A stretch of DNA of 41,531 bases from Saprolegnia diclina VS20 (taxonomy: Eukaryota). A program made the position numbers and the translations under genes. Below, in pieces: positions 40,246-41,531 of the stretch (position 1 is its first letter; every line of letters begins with the position of its first letter). Location: contig NW_008246086.1 in NCBI RefSeq assembly GCF_000281045.1, forward strand, positions 359,058 to 400,588, in the 5' to 3' direction. The notes under the pieces were generated by a model that was given only the letters and a program-made list of their open reading frames with translations, had not been told where the DNA came from and searched no databases.

Positions 40246-41268
40246 ATGACACGCCCCGTGCACTACACGACATTGACGCTGCGCGACGCTGCGGCACACT
40301 TGATTTCAACGAACGCGACGTCCGGGCAGCGCCACCTGCACATGGACCGCTTGCGAACGCTCGCGCTCCAAGCCATCAACGGCGCGTGGAAGCAGACGGC
40401 CAACAACTATCGCTTGCTCGAGTCGACGGACGCCAAGGTGCTCTTGGCCGTGTTTTGGCTGGCACTCTTGCACCACGGCGCGGTGGCCAGCGCGCCGGCG
40501 TCCTTTGACTGCCCGATTTCGCTCGTGAAACCATCACTTGGCGACGCCGACTTGACACTCGTGGATGCCGCGAGCTTTGAAAAATTCAACGTCTACGAGT
40601 CGTCGGACGACCTCCACAGCACGCCGCACGTTCGTGCCACGTTCCGCGCCCCCGCGAATTTGCCCGGCACCTGCGATGTGCACATTGACGTGGCCTGCGA
40701 CGTGGGCAACCGGTTTCGGTCGACAGCGATGGACTACATTGTCGCCAACACGGAACTCGCGTGGAGCAAGGAATCGGTGCCGCCGTCGCACAGCCGCCTC
40801 TTTGGCGCGTCGGCGTTTGACGCTGCGCTCTGCGGCCCGGCCGGCGACACGAAGCTCTCGGTGCTTTTTGATTACATTTTGCACGCAATGCCACCGCACC
40901 CGACGTTTCCATCGCTCCAGGCCGAGGCGGCGGCGCCGACGTCGTGGCTCCCAATGCACCGCCTCGCGCCGACCCACGCGGTGCTTTTGCAGCAGTACCG
41001 CGATGTGACGCGCACGATGGATGCCGCGCGGGACCTGCCTCGCGCGCGCCGCATGGAGGCGTATGTGGCCAAGCTGAGTGGCGTCCTCGGCGTGTACCGC
41101 ACGCTGCTCGCGGAGCTGCTCGTGATGGCGCAGGACAAGGAAGCCAACGAGCGATGTGAAGGCCGCAAGCGTCTCTGCTCGGCCGATGAAAATGTGGGCA
41201 GCGACAAGGACTCGACCGACGACGGCGACGGAGCGGACGAGGACAAGGACGAGGGCGTCACCTTGTAG
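40246..41268 (+). CDS. Hypothetical protein (340 aa) with acidic C-terminal tail
   Basis: Long ORF with the GC3-rich codon usage of neighbouring genes. INR+FPR-like TCAGTTTGCGATTT at ~40221 and CCAAT boxes at ~40156 and ~40185. No family recognised. Confidence 0.75.
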   Translation: MTRPVHYTTLTLRDAAAHLISTNATSGQRHLHMDRLRTLALQAINGAWKQTANNYRLLESTDAKVLLAVFWLALLHHGAVASAPASFDCPISLVKPSLGDADLTLVDAASFEKFNVYESSDDLHSTPHVRATFRAPANLPGTCDVHIDVACDVGNRFRSTAMDYIVANTELAWSKESVPPSHSRLFGASAFDAALCGPAGDTKLSVLFDYILHAMPPHPTFPSLQAEAAAPTSWLPMHRLAPTHAVLLQQYRDVTRTMDAARDLPRARRMEAYVAKLSGVLGVYRTLLAELLVMAQDKEANERCEGRKRLCSADENVGSDKDSTDDGDGADEDKDEGVTL

Positions 41269-41436
41269 AAGAGTTTACGTGGATCGTGGAAGCTGATCAT
41301 GGCCTAAAAATAAGAAATGAATGAGGATGAACCAGGCATCTTGGTGGAGGTTTGCGCTCGCTGTCCGCGAGGCATTTTGTGAACCCGATGTCAGTCGAAC
41401 AACCGGCCTGCGTTGTGAGCACGTTGCGAGCTTGGT

Positions 41437-41531
<95 letters not shown>
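41437..41531. repeat. (GATA)n microsatellite, at least 23 units, running off the window end
   Basis: Uninterrupted GATA units from 41437 to 41531. Confidence 0.99.

Noticed and set aside
41437..41531. Terminal repeat as a telomere
   Set aside because: GATA is not a TTTAGGG-type telomeric unit; it is an ordinary microsatellite.

Overview
This is a gene-dense, GC-rich eukaryotic window with many very short (mostly ~41-55 nt) spliceosomal introns and INR+FPR-type core promoters. That pattern points to an oomycete, most likely Saprolegniales (inference). Gene order: (1) partial Pro/Ser-rich coiled-coil gene; (2-3) two full-length IP3-receptor/ryanodine-receptor-superfamily channel paralogs, head-to-head and only 250 bp apart (A on -, B on +); (4) BEACH-domain protein; (5) dynein light chain LC8; (6) SDR dehydrogenase; (7-9) two near-identical transketolases in inverted orientation flanking a UCP-like mitochondrial carrier; (10) CGI-121; (11) hypothetical protein; then a (GATA)n tract running to the window end. 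The best candidate for an undescribed system is the divergent IP3R-like pair. Paralog A keeps a canonical pore and Ca2+ site. Paralog B splices to an intact ORF but has lost the filter Asp and a Ca2+-ligand Glu, has a shortened Lys-containing S6, and carries a large Ser/Thr-rich insert. This suggests a co-regulated pore-forming plus modulatory subunit pair. All alignments and exon joins were done by eye, without tools.
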